A DNA stretch of 64,000 nt from Candidatus Poribacteria bacterium (GTDB lineage: Bacteria; Poribacteria; WGA-4E; PCPOR2b): NCBI GenBank assembly GCA_965215015.1, contig OZ244042.1, positions 4,928,001 through 4,992,000 on the forward strand, given 5' to 3'. Position numbers and translations under genes: made by a program. Below the pieces are notes generated by a model, which was not told the DNA's origin, made no database searches, and saw only the letters and a program-made list of their open reading frames with translations. Positions 29,612-41,178 of this stretch are shown one piece after another. The first letter of the stretch is position 1, and each line of letters opens with the position of its first letter.

Positions 29612-32600
29612 ATGTACAGCGTTAGTGTGTGGAAACTTATTTTAATCATTGTGGTACTCGTATTTTCAGCATTGTACCTCATCCCGACCCCGGAGAATCT
29701 CTACAATCCCCTATACGGGAATCTCGCACTTTGGATGCAAGAGCGACTCCCCAAATTTGAAGCGACCGATGAAAATTCGTTAAAGGTCAGCCTGCAAGCC
29801 GTCGAATACCCGGAAGGCATCAACTTGCAGGATGCAACAACGGAGCTCAAGGAAATTTTGGCGAGAAGGTTGGAAGCTAACGGATTTCAGGAGGCGGTGG
29901 ATTATCAATTTGATACAACAGAAAAACGAGATTTCCTCGTCAATTTCTTATCTCCAAAGAGCAAAGCCGATTTGGAAAGGGTTTTGGCGAATCTACACCT
30001 GTATGGAAGCGTTCCGACAATCGTCCGTCGCTTAATACCGGATAATCGCTTGAAGCTCGGGCTCGATCTCAGAGGCGGCGTTCACCTTGCCCTTGAAGTC
30101 GATCTTGAGGAGTCAAAAGTCGAGCTATTGACGGCACGCGCTTCATCAATTCCTGAACGGTTGCGGACTGAAAAGATTCATTGCAGGGAGGCAGAACCTG
30201 TCTTAGAGCAAAATGCGTTGAACGTTGTTGTGGGTATCCCGAAACGGCTTTCAGATCCAAACGAGCAGGCGGAATATCTAAAAAAAGCACAGGATAATCT
30301 CCAAGATTTAGAGTTCTTTGATGCGCCGCAAGAAATTAATAGAACCAGCACGGAGGTCACTTACCAGATTCGCTTGGATGAGTCCGGATTGGAGCAGTAC
30401 AGCGAGCAAGCAATTGACCAAGTTATGGTGGTACTACGAAACCGCATCGATGCGTTCGGGGTTGCTGAACCGTCGATTCGACGCGAAGCCAATCGCCCCC
30501 GAATCATCGTAGAGTTGCCCGGAGCGAAGGACTCGTCAAAACCTCTCCAAATTGTCAAAACGATGGGACGGTTGGAATTTAAGTTGGTAGAGAAAAGTCC
30601 CACCGGCGCGGTTGCATGGACCGGATCGGCGAATACTCCGCCGCCCGATGATATTCCCGAAGGCACCGAAATCCGATACCACAACGACGATGGAACGGCT
30701 CTGGCGAATAGCTGGTATGTTGTGCAGAGCCCAGTCCTACTGAGCGGCGATCGAATTAAGAATGCGCGTGAAACTCAAGGCAGTACCAGCTTTGAGATTG
30801 TCGTGTCTATGAGTTTTGACTCCCAAGGTAGGCGGAAATTCGGTGAACTGACCACCAACCACGTCAACGAACTTTTAGCCATTCTGCTTGATGGCAAAGT
30901 TCAATCTGCTCCCCGAATCAATGAACCTATTCTCGGGGGAAATGCTCAGATATCTGGAGACTTTACCTTTGAGGAAGCCCAATATCTGGCGAACATCCTC
31001 AAAGCGGGGGCGTTCCCCGTCGGTGTCAAAATCGCTGAAGAGCGAACCGTCGGGCCAACCCTCGGTCAAGAAGCAATTGACGACGGTATTCGTGCCGCAG
31101 CTATTGGCATGGGAGCTGTTCTAATCTTCATGCTAATCTACTATCGCTTTTCGGGTATCGTTGCAATTATTGCACTAGCATTTAATATGCTAATTATCCT
31201 GGGCGCACTTGCCGGATTTGGTGCCGCTTTGACGCTGCCCGGACTCGCGGGGCTGGTCTTGACTATCGGGATGGCAGTTGATGCGAATGTGCTTATTTTT
31301 GAGCGTATTCGTGAAGAGTTACGCTCCGGCAAAACTGTATGGTCTGCAATTCAAACCGGCTATCAGAAAGCTTTTTGGACAATCCTCGATGCCAACGTAA
31401 CGACGTTAGCTGTCGCAGCGGTGCTTTACCATTTCGGAACAGGTCCCATCAAAGGGTTTGCTATCACATTGGGAATCGGTATCTTTGCCAGTATGTTTAC
31501 TGCCATTGTTGTCACACGAGAGATTTACGGCTGGGTGCTTGGCGGTCGAAACATCGAGAAACTCAGTATCGGACGGGAGGTCATCAGAAACACAACCATC
31601 GGTTTTCTTGGAAAAAGCCAGATGGGATTTATTGTATCTGTAATCCTCATTATTATCGGCGTTGTTTCGCTCGTTCTGCATAATGGACCGAATTTTGGGA
31701 TTGATTTTCGCGGCGGTGTCAAAATCTACGCCAAATTTAATAGCGAGGTTACCCGATCCCAACTCTCCGCTAAACTGACGGAACTCGGCTATGAGCGTTC
31801 AAAAATCCAAGTGGATGCAGCGAAGCAGGAAGCCTCAATTGACATCGGCTACCGCAAGGAATTTGAAAGCCAGAAAGTCATTGTGCCGTTGACCGCTGAT
31901 CCTGGGGACGCGACCGCGAGGAGTGTTCAGGTCAGTGCCGCACAGAAGAGAGTGGGTGTGTTCCAACCCGGAGATTTCATTCAATTGATTGAAGGGGAAC
32001 ATCGGTCAAGAAACGAGATTCGTGAAATTACAAAGCAGGAGGACACTATTACCTTTGTGCTTGCGAACGAAATTGGATCTGATTTGACACAAGCAGCGCA
32101 AATACAGATACAAGCGAGTGTCGGACAGATCATCACCGATGCGTTGCTACAAGGAGGGGGGGATTGGCAGGCGATACCGCGTGCCGTAAGTGTGAGTGAA
32201 GTGGGCCCCAGTGTCGGCAAAGACCTCAAATGGGCGGCACTGTGGTCGGTCATCTGGTCAATCGTTATCCTCCTTCTCTATATCTCTTGGCGCTTTGAAT
32301 TTCGTTTTGCTATTGGCGCAATCGCTGCCCTGATTCACGATGTGCTGATTACATTGGGAGTCTTTTCGGTGTTCGTCAAGGAGATTAACCTCCCTACAGT
32401 TGCCGCGTTTTTGACAATTATCGGTTACTCCTTGAACGATACGATTGTTGTATTTGATCGTATTCGTGAGAACAGCACGCTGCTCAAAGGGACCGACTTC
32501 GCCGAAATTATCAACAGAAGCATCAATCAATCCTTGAGCCGTACCGTGGTGACTTCTTTGACAACGCTCTTTGTTGTTCTTGTTATTTTCCTCCAAACGG

Positions 32601-32758
32601 CTGCCGGTCAAGAGATTAACACCTTTGCATTGGCGTTAATTGTGGGCGTCATCGTCGGGACGTATTCATCTATTTTCATCGCCAGTCCAATCATATATCT
32701 CTGGCACCTAAAAAGCCGAAATATAGAAGTTCAAGAAGTTCAGGAAAGTACTGCATAG
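29612..32758 (+). CDS. secDF: Fused protein translocase subunit SecDF
   Basis: 'LGLDLRGG', 'RIDAFGVAEP', 'VGPTLG', 'GMAVDANVLIFERIREE', 'GIDFRGG', 'GYSLNDTIVVFDRIRE'. Confidence 0.95.
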   Translation: MYSVSVWKLILIIVVLVFSALYLIPTPENLYNPLYGNLALWMQERLPKFEATDENSLKVSLQAVEYPEGINLQDATTELKEILARRLEANGFQEAVDYQFDTTEKRDFLVNFLSPKSKADLERVLANLHLYGSVPTIVRRLIPDNRLKLGLDLRGGVHLALEVDLEESKVELLTARASSIPERLRTEKIHCREAEPVLEQNALNVVVGIPKRLSDPNEQAEYLKKAQDNLQDLEFFDAPQEINRTSTEVTYQIRLDESGLEQYSEQAIDQVMVVLRNRIDAFGVAEPSIRREANRPRIIVELPGAKDSSKPLQIVKTMGRLEFKLVEKSPTGAVAWTGSANTPPPDDIPEGTEIRYHNDDGTALANSWYVVQSPVLLSGDRIKNARETQGSTSFEIVVSMSFDSQGRRKFGELTTNHVNELLAILLDGKVQSAPRINEPILGGNAQISGDFTFEEAQYLANILKAGAFPVGVKIAEERTVGPTLGQEAIDDGIRAAAIGMGAVLIFMLIYYRFSGIVAIIALAFNMLIILGALAGFGAALTLPGLAGLVLTIGMAVDANVLIFERIREELRSGKTVWSAIQTGYQKAFWTILDANVTTLAVAAVLYHFGTGPIKGFAITLGIGIFASMFTAIVVTREIYGWVLGGRNIEKLSIGREVIRNTTIGFLGKSQMGFIVSVILIIIGVVSLVLHNGPNFGIDFRGGVKIYAKFNSEVTRSQLSAKLTELGYERSKIQVDAAKQEASIDIGYRKEFESQKVIVPLTADPGDATARSVQVSAAQKRVGVFQPGDFIQLIEGEHRSRNEIREITKQEDTITFVLANEIGSDLTQAAQIQIQASVGQIITDALLQGGGDWQAIPRAVSVSEVGPSVGKDLKWAALWSVIWSIVILLLYISWRFEFRFAIGAIAALIHDVLITLGVFSVFVKEINLPTVAAFLTIIGYSLNDTIVVFDRIRENSTLLKGTDFAEIINRSINQSLSRTVVTSLTTLFVVLVIFLQTAAGQEINTFALALIVGVIVGTYSSIFIASPIIYLWHLKSRNIEVQEVQESTA

Positions 32759-32924
32759 GGGCTAATGTATCCATCGGTGTTAGCTCGAAGGGATTCCCTC
32801 CGCGCTGACACCTATACTTTTATCGTTCGTTGTTTGGGCGCAGTTGCATAGACATTTCCTTGATGGTGCCATGGGGGTCTGACGACAAACGCCCTTTCTC
32901 TTAAAATCTCCCCTGTCAAATCGT

Positions 32925-33707
32925 ATGAACGTCACCTGGTGGTTGGTTTCAAGTGGAATCATTCTTATTCTTGCCGTTTGTATTCTGACTCTCGTTGCCC
33001 GGCGGCGAAGATACTTGTGGGACCAAAAACTTAGTAGAGAATACCCTAAACCGATACATCCCCTCCCCCGCGAGTTAGTCCATGAGATTCGCAATCCATT
33101 AAATAGCATTAACCTTAACCTCCAAATTTTAGAAGAAGACCTATCCGCTGAGAATCCTAGTTTCCCCAGCGATTTGCAAAAGCGGGTCCGACGTATCCGT
33201 AGGGAAGTGGAACGGCTTGATCGAATATTAACCGATTTTCGTCGTTATGCAACTCTGCCGCCGTTGACGTTTGAAACCTGCGACCTTGCCGTGCTTATCG
33301 AAGAAGTTTTGGACTTCAACGAGCCGGAGGCACAACGGCAAAACGTTCAGGTCAACCGTGAGATCCAAGAGCTGCCTCCCGTTCAACTCGATCCATCGCA
33401 GTTCAAGCAGGCATTACTGAATCTTATTATCAACGGGGTTCAGGCGATGGAAGATGGCGGCACACTCACAGTTCGCGCAGAACCGTTGAATGGCGGGATA
33501 CAGATTGATGTGGAAGATACAGGTCAAGGAATCGAACCAGGGCAACTCGACAAAATCTTTGATCTGTTCATTTCCACAAAAGAGGAGGGGACTGGAGTCG
33601 GTCTCACAATCGTAAAACAAATTATCGAAGGACATAGTGGGCGTGTAAATGTGGAGAGCAATCCCGGGCAAGGTGCAAAATTCTCCATTTTGCTGCCCGC
33701 CAAGTAA
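32925..33707 (+). CDS. Short membrane-anchored histidine kinase
   Basis: One TM helix, H-box 'HEIRNPL', N-box 'NLIIN', 'DTGQGI', 'GTGVGL'. Confidence 0.9.
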   Translation: MNVTWWLVSSGIILILAVCILTLVARRRRYLWDQKLSREYPKPIHPLPRELVHEIRNPLNSINLNLQILEEDLSAENPSFPSDLQKRVRRIRREVERLDRILTDFRRYATLPPLTFETCDLAVLIEEVLDFNEPEAQRQNVQVNREIQELPPVQLDPSQFKQALLNLIINGVQAMEDGGTLTVRAEPLNGGIQIDVEDTGQGIEPGQLDKIFDLFISTKEEGTGVGLTIVKQIIEGHSGRVNVESNPGQGAKFSILLPAK

Positions 33708-33916
33708 AAAGTAGCAGGTATGTTCCGCAGGCCATAACCTGACCCCGATCGGCCTAGATAGGCATATCCAAGCTCTCTTTGCGCGTGTGCCGGCGATATG
33801 TGTATCAAAACACACCACCCCCGTAGGGCGGGCATCTTGCTTGACCTACGCTTCAGAGGGAACACAGATCTGTGTTCCGTTTCTTCTTACGCATTACGAA
33901 TCACGTATGATACTTC

Positions 33917-34144
33917 ATAGGACTGACGTAGTTGAACGTTCAAAGGAAACACCCGACACCATTGCACGCCGGTGTCGGTTCTATACGACTCACGACGCCC
34001 GATCAATCGGGCACCTACAGTTCATCCGACTGCTTTATGAGCACTCCTTAAGTAAGTTCTGTTGACATTTGCCACCCGGGGGTCGCAGCCTCTCGGAACA
34101 GAGTTGGGTTGAACGGGAGTTGTGCCCCCTAACGTCCAGTCCTA
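33917..34144. mobile_element. IS701-like MITE
   Basis: Ends TAGGACTGACGT and ACGTCCAGTCCTA, with several internal hairpins. Confidence 0.5.
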
Positions 34145-34203
34145 CTAAAAGGGGGAAACAGTAGTAGGCCCGTTCCGCTAAATGTCAGTGGCACCTAACA
34201 AAC

Positions 34204-34327
34204 TAAGAGTTACACATTTGAGTTTGTAGTCGCGCAATTCAACCCGCGTCTGTAACGGAGTAGGCATACGGCGTATGCCCTAACCCTCCGCTTGCGGGGG
34301 TTAGGGGGGGCAAGTGCTTAACTCCTA
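34204..34327. mobile_element. IS701-like MITE carrying REP hairpins
   Basis: Ends TAAGAGTTACAC and TTAACTCCTA. Interior is similar to ~21009-21145. Confidence 0.55.
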
Positions 34328-34401
34328 CTTCATTAGCCCTAGCAGAGCGACCCTACTATCAGGCAACTAGCAGCTTAGGTTAAGTAGCAACAGGTGATAA
34401 G

Positions 34402-35877
34402 ATGATCCCCAAAATCCTTGTTGTAGACGATGATTCAGCAAGCCTCGAGGCAGCCATCGAAGTGCTTGAACGCGAAGGCTATGACCTATTCGCAGCATCA
34501 GGTGGACGCGAAGCATTAGAGACTTTAGCCGTTGAAAACATCGATGTCGTCATCACGGATGAAAAGATGCCCGATTTGAGCGGGATTGATCTGCTCAAAC
34601 ACATAAAGGACAACTATCCTTACACGCAAGTTATCATCTTAACAGGCTATGGCTCAATTGATAGTGCGGTTGAAGCCACGAAAGCGGGAGCAGACGGTTA
34701 CCTCGAAAAACCGATACAAATTTACATCTTACGCCAAACGGTGAAAGACGCACTCGAAAAACGGTTACTCTTCCTCCAAAACGTTAATCTACGAGAACAA
34801 CTTGATGACAAGTTCGGGTTTGCGAACATCATCGGCACGTCAAAACCGATGCGAGAGCTTTTCCGCATGATTCGGCTCGTTGCTCCGACCAATGTAACGG
34901 TCCTAATACGCGGGGAAAGTGGTGTTGGCAAGGAATTAATCGCGAATGCAATCCACAACCATAGCCGCCGAAAGGACAAACCGTATCGGACAATTAACTG
35001 CGGCGCGCTCTATCGTGAGCTCCTTGAAAGTGAACTGTTTGGACATGAGCGGGGGGCTTTCACCGGGGCGACTAACCGCAAACTGGGGGTGTTTGAGCAG
35101 GCAAATGGCGGGACCCTACTGTTGGACGAAGTTGGAGAAATGGGACCTGAAACACAGGTGAAATTCCTCCGTGTACTGGAAGGACAGGAATTCACGCGAC
35201 TCGGCGGGAATAAACCCATCAAAACCGATGTCCGTATCATCGCTGCGACCAATGCGGACCTCGAAGAAGCGGTGAACAGCGGAAAATTCCGTAACGACCT
35301 CTATCATCGGATCAACCGATTTCCAATTCGGGTGCCCCCGTTAAGAGAGCGGCGAGAGGATATTCCCCTATTGGTCAGCGCGTTCATCAAAGAGTTTAGC
35401 AAAGAACACGACCGGCCCGTTTCAGGGATCACCCCCCAGGCGATGAACTATCTGAAAAATAGGGATTGGTCTGGAAACATCCGGGAATTACGCAACGCCC
35501 TCGAAACCACCATTATTTTAGCAAGGACAGAGACCCTTCAACTCGATGATTTTTCCTCCGAATTTCAAGCGAATTTCACCGATTTGGAGGCCGCTGCGGA
35601 TTCTGATGTCCAAATGGGGGGGGCTCTGAATCCCGATACCCCGGATAACCAGGAAGCTTCCATTGATGCGGATGATGAAAAGGTTGGAACAGTTGGAATG
35701 ACAATGGACGAAATCGAAAAAGAGGCTATCGGCAAGACACTAGCGGAAACCGGGAACAATAAAAAGCGGGCGGCGGAAATGCTCGGAATCGGTTTGCGGA
35801 CGCTGTATCGCAAACTGGAATCTTACGGTTGGTTAAACAAAGGCGATCAAGAGGATGAGGATGACCCACGTGATTAA
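34402..35877 (+). CDS. NtrC/AtoC-family sigma54 response regulator
   Basis: Receiver domain (VVDDD, TDEKMP), GESGVGKE, GAFTGA, C-terminal HTH. Confidence 0.93.
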   Translation: MIPKILVVDDDSASLEAAIEVLEREGYDLFAASGGREALETLAVENIDVVITDEKMPDLSGIDLLKHIKDNYPYTQVIILTGYGSIDSAVEATKAGADGYLEKPIQIYILRQTVKDALEKRLLFLQNVNLREQLDDKFGFANIIGTSKPMRELFRMIRLVAPTNVTVLIRGESGVGKELIANAIHNHSRRKDKPYRTINCGALYRELLESELFGHERGAFTGATNRKLGVFEQANGGTLLLDEVGEMGPETQVKFLRVLEGQEFTRLGGNKPIKTDVRIIAATNADLEEAVNSGKFRNDLYHRINRFPIRVPPLRERREDIPLLVSAFIKEFSKEHDRPVSGITPQAMNYLKNRDWSGNIRELRNALETTIILARTETLQLDDFSSEFQANFTDLEAAADSDVQMGGALNPDTPDNQEASIDADDEKVGTVGMTMDEIEKEAIGKTLAETGNNKKRAAEMLGIGLRTLYRKLESYGWLNKGDQEDEDDPRD

Positions 35878-35911
35878 TTTACCTCCGTTTTGTTAAGGAA
35901 GGAGATACCAT

Positions 35912-36709
35912 ATGACTTTAACGACCGATCAGAAAGCGTTCTTTGAAAAATACGGCTATCTACCGTATACACAGGTGTTGTCTAACGCAGAATTGGAAGC
36001 CCTCTGTCAGCGGAGCGAAGATATCGCCGAGGGACGTGTGACGCATGTGCCGTCCCGCTACATCCAGCTTGAGGCAGCGTTCCGCGATGGCGAGGATACC
36101 GGCACACCCCGCATTGACACCGTCCGCAAGATGACACAACTCTGCTACTTTGACGACCTTTTCCAAGCGGCTGCCAAGAAATCGGAAATTGTGGACGTCA
36201 TCGAAGATCTCTTAGGTCCCAACATCAAGCTCTACACCGACCAACTGATGATGAAACCCCGCTATAACGGGACAGTGACCGACTGGCACCAAGACTCACC
36301 CGCTTGGCCCTTCTTTGTCCCGCAAGACCACGTAACCTGTTGGATCGCCTTGGATGACGCCACCGTCGAAAACGGTTGTATGACCGTCATCCCTGGCAGC
36401 CACAAGTGGGGACCCGTCACCCGCGAATACAAACAACGATTCATCGACGATCCCGAGATTGCCACGCCGACACCTGTCGAGTTGAAGGCAGGGCACTGCA
36501 TGTTCCACCACGGTCTGAACTTCCATCGCACCGGGGCGAACCCGACACCGAATCGGCGTCGGGGACTCGCGTTGCATTATCTCCACGCCGAGACGAAATA
36601 CCTCGGCGTCCACGATGAGGAGTCACGCCTCCGAACCGAGTGCGGAAAGCCGCCGGGGAAGTTTCGTTTCATGCACATCCGAGGAAAAGAATTTCCCGGA
36701 CGGGTCTGA
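35912..36709 (+). CDS. Phytanoyl-CoA dioxygenase (PhyH) family protein
   Basis: 'WHQD', 'WIALDDATVENGC..VIPGSH', distal His plus Arg. Confidence 0.9.
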   Translation: MTLTTDQKAFFEKYGYLPYTQVLSNAELEALCQRSEDIAEGRVTHVPSRYIQLEAAFRDGEDTGTPRIDTVRKMTQLCYFDDLFQAAAKKSEIVDVIEDLLGPNIKLYTDQLMMKPRYNGTVTDWHQDSPAWPFFVPQDHVTCWIALDDATVENGCMTVIPGSHKWGPVTREYKQRFIDDPEIATPTPVELKAGHCMFHHGLNFHRTGANPTPNRRRGLALHYLHAETKYLGVHDEESRLRTECGKPPGKFRFMHIRGKEFPGRV

Positions 36710-37165
36710 ACCGTTCAGCTAGTCCTGAGTTCAGCAAAGTTGGACTTGATGAGTTGATGACAGAGCATTGATCCGTCGTGCCGTAAACCCCACAACCGTT
36801 ATGGCGTATGGCTTCGCTAACACGCCATTCCCATTAAACTCCCCCTTAATTAGGTTCGTAGTAGCGCAATTCATGGCGCGTGCCAACACGCAACTGCCAT
36901 TAAACCCCACCCCGACTGGGGAAAAATAAAGTGCTCCTCATAGGTGGAGCATCCTGCCCCATCTACCGCCTGCGACCCATATCTGTATCCCTGTATCCGT
37001 GTTTTCTGTGCCATCTGTTTAAGTTGTCTAAAAAAATAATGCGGAATACGTAAGGAACAGCTGGAAGCGAGCAAACGAGAGAACAGGGCTTCTCGCTTTC
37101 TGATTGTCCCGTCGTCGTACCGAAATTCCAGCAGTGCGAAAGATGTATAGTATGTTCTTCGCAGC

Positions 37166-37903
37166 CTATCCAAATCGTTCCATCAGGAGTTGCGTGATTG
37201 GATTGGGACGACTGTAATAGTGCTGCGTGGCTTCGTTCTTGCCCTCCCACAGACGGCGTGGGAAAATGGTGTAATTGCTGAGGTATCGGTCCGTTGTGCG
37301 GCCACAGTAGATATGGATGGTGCGTCGCTCGGAGGGAGTCCGCCGGACATTGCCGGCGTGGAATGTTGCCGCATTGAAGAGAATCGCTGTACCGGCGCGC
37401 CCGACGAGGTGTTGTGTCGTACCAAGATCATAAGCCTCAAGCGGGAGTCGTTCTGTGGACTGTGCTGTGCCGGGCAAAACGCTGAAGGTATGCGTTGTGT
37501 CATCTACATCCGTCAGGTAAAAGACGACCGATAGATAGCGCGTGTAGTACGGAGGTTCGGCATCTCCACTAGCGTCGCGGTGCCAGCGGCATTCGGTGTC
37601 GCCATCGGGATTCGGGGCGCGGAGCATCACCGAATGTTCCTCCGCACAGAGGTCTTTTCCCATGATTGCACCCATCAACGGCAGCAACGTCGGTGGACGC
37701 ATGGTGACATCCATCTCCGGGCAGGCGAGCAGGGCGTGGACATTCTGCCGCCGCCCCGTCTGTCCACGGTCTTGCCACATCACCAGATTCTCGACGAGAT
37801 CTCGATCGATTGCCTCGTTGATGGAACGAACCTCTTCAGTAGATAGGGCATCGGGTACGACAAGGTAACCGTTCTCCTTGAAAAATTCCAACTGTTCTTT
37901 CAT
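37166..37903 (-). CDS. PhyH-family dioxygenase
   Basis: 'FKENGYLVV', 'WHRD', 'YLTDV', 'FHAG', 'RRT'. Confidence 0.88.
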   Translation of the reverse strand: MKEQLEFFKENGYLVVPDALSTEEVRSINEAIDRDLVENLVMWQDRGQTGRRQNVHALLACPEMDVTMRPPTLLPLMGAIMGKDLCAEEHSVMLRAPNPDGDTECRWHRDASGDAEPPYYTRYLSVVFYLTDVDDTTHTFSVLPGTAQSTERLPLEAYDLGTTQHLVGRAGTAILFNAATFHAGNVRRTPSERRTIHIYCGRTTDRYLSNYTIFPRRLWEGKNEATQHYYSRPNPITQLLMERFG

Positions 37904-37949
37904 GACATCTGTCCTCGCAGTATGTTAAGGGAGGCTAATTGTGTTAAAA

Positions 37950-37978
37950 ATTATAGTGGCGATCGAGTAGATAGTCAA
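37950..37978 (-). promoter_or_regulatory. sigma70-like promoter
   Basis: TTGACT-N17-TATAAT on the minus strand. Confidence 0.65.
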
Positions 37979-38795
37979 GCAGAAAGGTAGGGCGTGTTAA
38001 GGTTTTGCTGTCGCCAATTCTGCAAACGCTGTAAGCCCAATCTGTCAAATGTGAACAGGCCCAACCTATCGGTCGTGATTCATATCTCGACAAAACCCCC
38101 GGACTCCCGCGCAATGTGTCGGGCGGATTGAGTCAGGATTGTCGCCCTATAGTGTCTGGTATTCTATTGCGTCATGTCGTAGGTATGTTCCATTTCGGAA
38201 AATTGACAGACGACAGGGTGCCCCCCGCCCCCCAAATACCCTGTAGGTTGTCCGTCAATTCTAGGTTTATCGAACCTGTTTCCCCCTCGCTTGCGTCCTC
38301 CCCCCGCTTGCGGGGGGACTGAGGGGGGTTCTTGGGTTCTTAAGAAGGAATGATTCAATTTGTCAAGTGTCAATAGAACCCAACCATTTTGTTTGAAAAA
38401 TCGCAACTGGGAGATCACTCCCCAATAGATCGGGATGCAAACATCTACAGTGAGGTATCGGGATTCGGAGATCCCTCCTATAGGAGAACTAAACGCGCCT
38501 AGAACCTAGAAATTTAGATTCTCCTTTTTTAGATGGATATGCTATAATTGGAAAGCAGCTTTGCGCCATCTGGTCTCGACAAAATACGGTCGCGCCACAA
38601 TCTTGACTCAATCAGCCTAGAACCGCTAGGTATTGTCGATTCTGGAAAATTTGACCGACAGTCGTCCGAAATCGTTTCTGATGTATGAATAAAGGGCTGG
38701 CAGACCCAACCCCTACGAAGGATCATGGGGTTGTGCACCCCTTAATTATCTAGTTGCTATGAAATGTCAACGGAACCTAAATAGGACAGAATAGA

Positions 38796-39110
38796 ATGGC
38801 TAAATATCTCGCATCATCTATAAATAAACCGACGCTTGAACCTTACGAAATCTCGCAGACGCTACGCGGGCAGCTTCACTACTTCACCGAAGGGGCGAGT
38901 GCTCGTCAATGGGAACATAGCGATGATCCAAATGCGTTTTTCTTCCCGCTTGAACTGACCTCTGAACTGTACGACGAAGGGGTGTTCTACGTGACATCCC
39001 CGTTAGACGATCAGAATCGTGCAGAGATTGAGATTACGGAGGAGCAGGAAGACTTTTTGGAGTGGCTGATCGCTAATCAGATTGAGAAGGTAAAGGTTTC
39101 AGAGGCGTAG
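38796..39110 (+). CDS. Acidic hypothetical protein
   Basis: 104-aa ORF with ATG after AGGA and protein-like composition. Confidence 0.65.
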   Translation: MAKYLASSINKPTLEPYEISQTLRGQLHYFTEGASARQWEHSDDPNAFFFPLELTSELYDEGVFYVTSPLDDQNRAEIEITEEQEDFLEWLIANQIEKVKVSEA

Positions 39111-39208
39111 ACCAAATTTAGTTCATTAGTTCAACAGTGCAGCAATTTAACCAATGTACTAATTTTGCGTTTTGCCCTCTCTTTTGACATGAGCTAAAGG
39201 AGTTTCAG

Positions 39209-40042
39209 ATGACCGTCACCACAAACAGAATTAATCAGATGCAAGTAATCCCCACCGGCGGTGCGCTTGGGGCGGAGATTCAGGGAATAGACTTAGCGCA
39301 CCCGCTACCCGAAGACACAATCCAGCGCATCCATCAGGCATTGCTAGCGCACTGTGTCCTCCTCTTTCGCGGTCAGAAGATTAGGGACGAGGATCAGGTC
39401 CGCTTCACCAATTACTTCGGTCAGGCGGTCGAACATGTTCGCAAGCAGCTCCCACGTCCTGTCAAAGAAATCTTCTTCGTTTCCAACGTCGAGAAGGATG
39501 GTCAACCCATCGGGGCACTCGGCAACGACGAAATCCCCTTCCACTCCGATCTGTCATATCTGCGGCGTCCGGGAACGCTCTCCATCATCTACGCCGTTGA
39601 GCTGCCTGCCACCGGCGGTGCTACGCGGTGGTGCAACTGCTACGCCGCCTATGAGGGGCTTGATCCTGGCCTCAAAGTCCTGCTCAAGGGACTGCGCGCT
39701 GTCCATCGTCATCATGTCGAAAGCCAGAATCCGCCGGAGTTGATTGACCATCCCGTTGTCTGCACCCACCCTGACACCGGACGTAAAGCGTTGTACGTCA
39801 GTCCCCACCTGACTCGGCACATCGTCGGCTTTAGTGAATCGGAAAGCCGTGAACTGCTTGATACGCTCTTCAATCATCTGTCGCAGGAGTGTTTTGGCTG
39901 GACGCACGATTGGGAGGTCCGCGATTTGGTTATATGGGACAACCGATGTACCATGCACCGGCGAGAGGGATTCCCCTCGACTGAGCGACGGATCATGAAG
40001 AGGACGCAGATTTTCAACGACGCGATCCCGTATGAAATGTGA
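39209..40042 (+). CDS. TauD/TfdA-family dioxygenase
   Basis: 'LGAEI.G.DL', 'FHSD', 'HPVV..HP.TGRKALY', 'WDNRCTMHRR'. Confidence 0.92.
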   Translation: MTVTTNRINQMQVIPTGGALGAEIQGIDLAHPLPEDTIQRIHQALLAHCVLLFRGQKIRDEDQVRFTNYFGQAVEHVRKQLPRPVKEIFFVSNVEKDGQPIGALGNDEIPFHSDLSYLRRPGTLSIIYAVELPATGGATRWCNCYAAYEGLDPGLKVLLKGLRAVHRHHVESQNPPELIDHPVVCTHPDTGRKALYVSPHLTRHIVGFSESESRELLDTLFNHLSQECFGWTHDWEVRDLVIWDNRCTMHRREGFPSTERRIMKRTQIFNDAIPYEM

Positions 40043-40124
40043 AAATTATTAGTTCATTAGTTTATTAACGTGTGAAATGCAGAACGTGAAGCGTGAAATG
40101 TGAAACAGGCGACGGGAGGTTGTT

Positions 40125-40991
40125 ATGCGGATTATCCGATCTTGGATGTTCGTACCGGGGCATCAGCGGAGGATGATTGATAAAGCCTACGGACTGAAAC
40201 TCAATGTAGCGATGTTTGATTTGGAGGATGGGGTGCCGCCCGGCGAAAAGGATACCGCCCGCGCCATGATGGGGAGAACGCTCGCCCATCCATCAAGTGG
40301 GATGATCCGCTTTGTCCGTATTCATCCCGCCGGAAGCGGAGAAATGGAGGCGGACCTGTCCGCAGTGATTCGGCCCGGCCTGGATGGACTCACGCTGACC
40401 AAGGTGAGTTGTCCCGAAGATGTGCTGCGGGTCTGCGCGATTCTGGATGCGCGAGAAGAGGGGGCGGGACTCCAGCGGGGAAGTGTCCGACTGCTCGCCA
40501 CCATTGAGAGCGCACGCGGCCTGGTTCAGGCAGCTGCGATTGCGGCATCCAGTCCCAGACTTGTCGGATTGATGTTTGGTGCAGAGGACTTCGCGATGGA
40601 TCTTGGGATGTTTAACGTCCGCCAAGGCGAAGCCGGGGATTTCCTTTATGCCCGCTCTGCGCTCGCTGTCGCTGCCGCCAGTGAAGGCTTACAAGCGATA
40701 GATCGGGTCTATCTTGATATTCGGAACCCGATAGGACTGGAAAGGGACACGCGACTCGCCCGTGACCTTGGGTTTACCGGCAAAGCTTTGATTCATCCCG
40801 CCCAGATTGAAGTTGTTGAAACTGTCTTCCGGCCAACCGACGCGGAGGCCGAGTACGCCCGGCGGGTGGTGGCGGCCTTTGAGGCGGCAGGAGCCGATGG
40901 CGCGGGTGCGACTGCTGTCGATGGTCAGATGGTTGATTTGCCGGTGGTGAAGCGTGCCCGGCGGGTGCTCCAGCTTGTATCTGACAAATAG
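40125..40991 (+). CDS. CitE/HpcH-family CoA-ester lyase (citryl-/malyl-CoA lyase-like)
   Basis: 'RSWMFVPG', 'DLEDGV', 'IESARG', 'FGAEDF', 'GK..IHP.Q', 'G.MVD.P'. Confidence 0.88.
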   Translation: MRIIRSWMFVPGHQRRMIDKAYGLKLNVAMFDLEDGVPPGEKDTARAMMGRTLAHPSSGMIRFVRIHPAGSGEMEADLSAVIRPGLDGLTLTKVSCPEDVLRVCAILDAREEGAGLQRGSVRLLATIESARGLVQAAAIAASSPRLVGLMFGAEDFAMDLGMFNVRQGEAGDFLYARSALAVAAASEGLQAIDRVYLDIRNPIGLERDTRLARDLGFTGKALIHPAQIEVVETVFRPTDAEAEYARRVVAAFEAAGADGAGATAVDGQMVDLPVVKRARRVLQLVSDK

Positions 40992-41178
40992 ATCCAATCA
41001 GAGAGGTAACCGGCAGCTACTGTGTCTATCTATAGGGGGTGTTGTTAAAAGGCGGAACCGCCATTGTGTTTGATATGGATTCGCTTTCAACCGTTTAATC
41101 CAACCTACGTGACGGAAAACACTGCCAACGAATAGATCTAGACCGTCAAAATAGTATCGTGGACTTGATTTCGCGCAT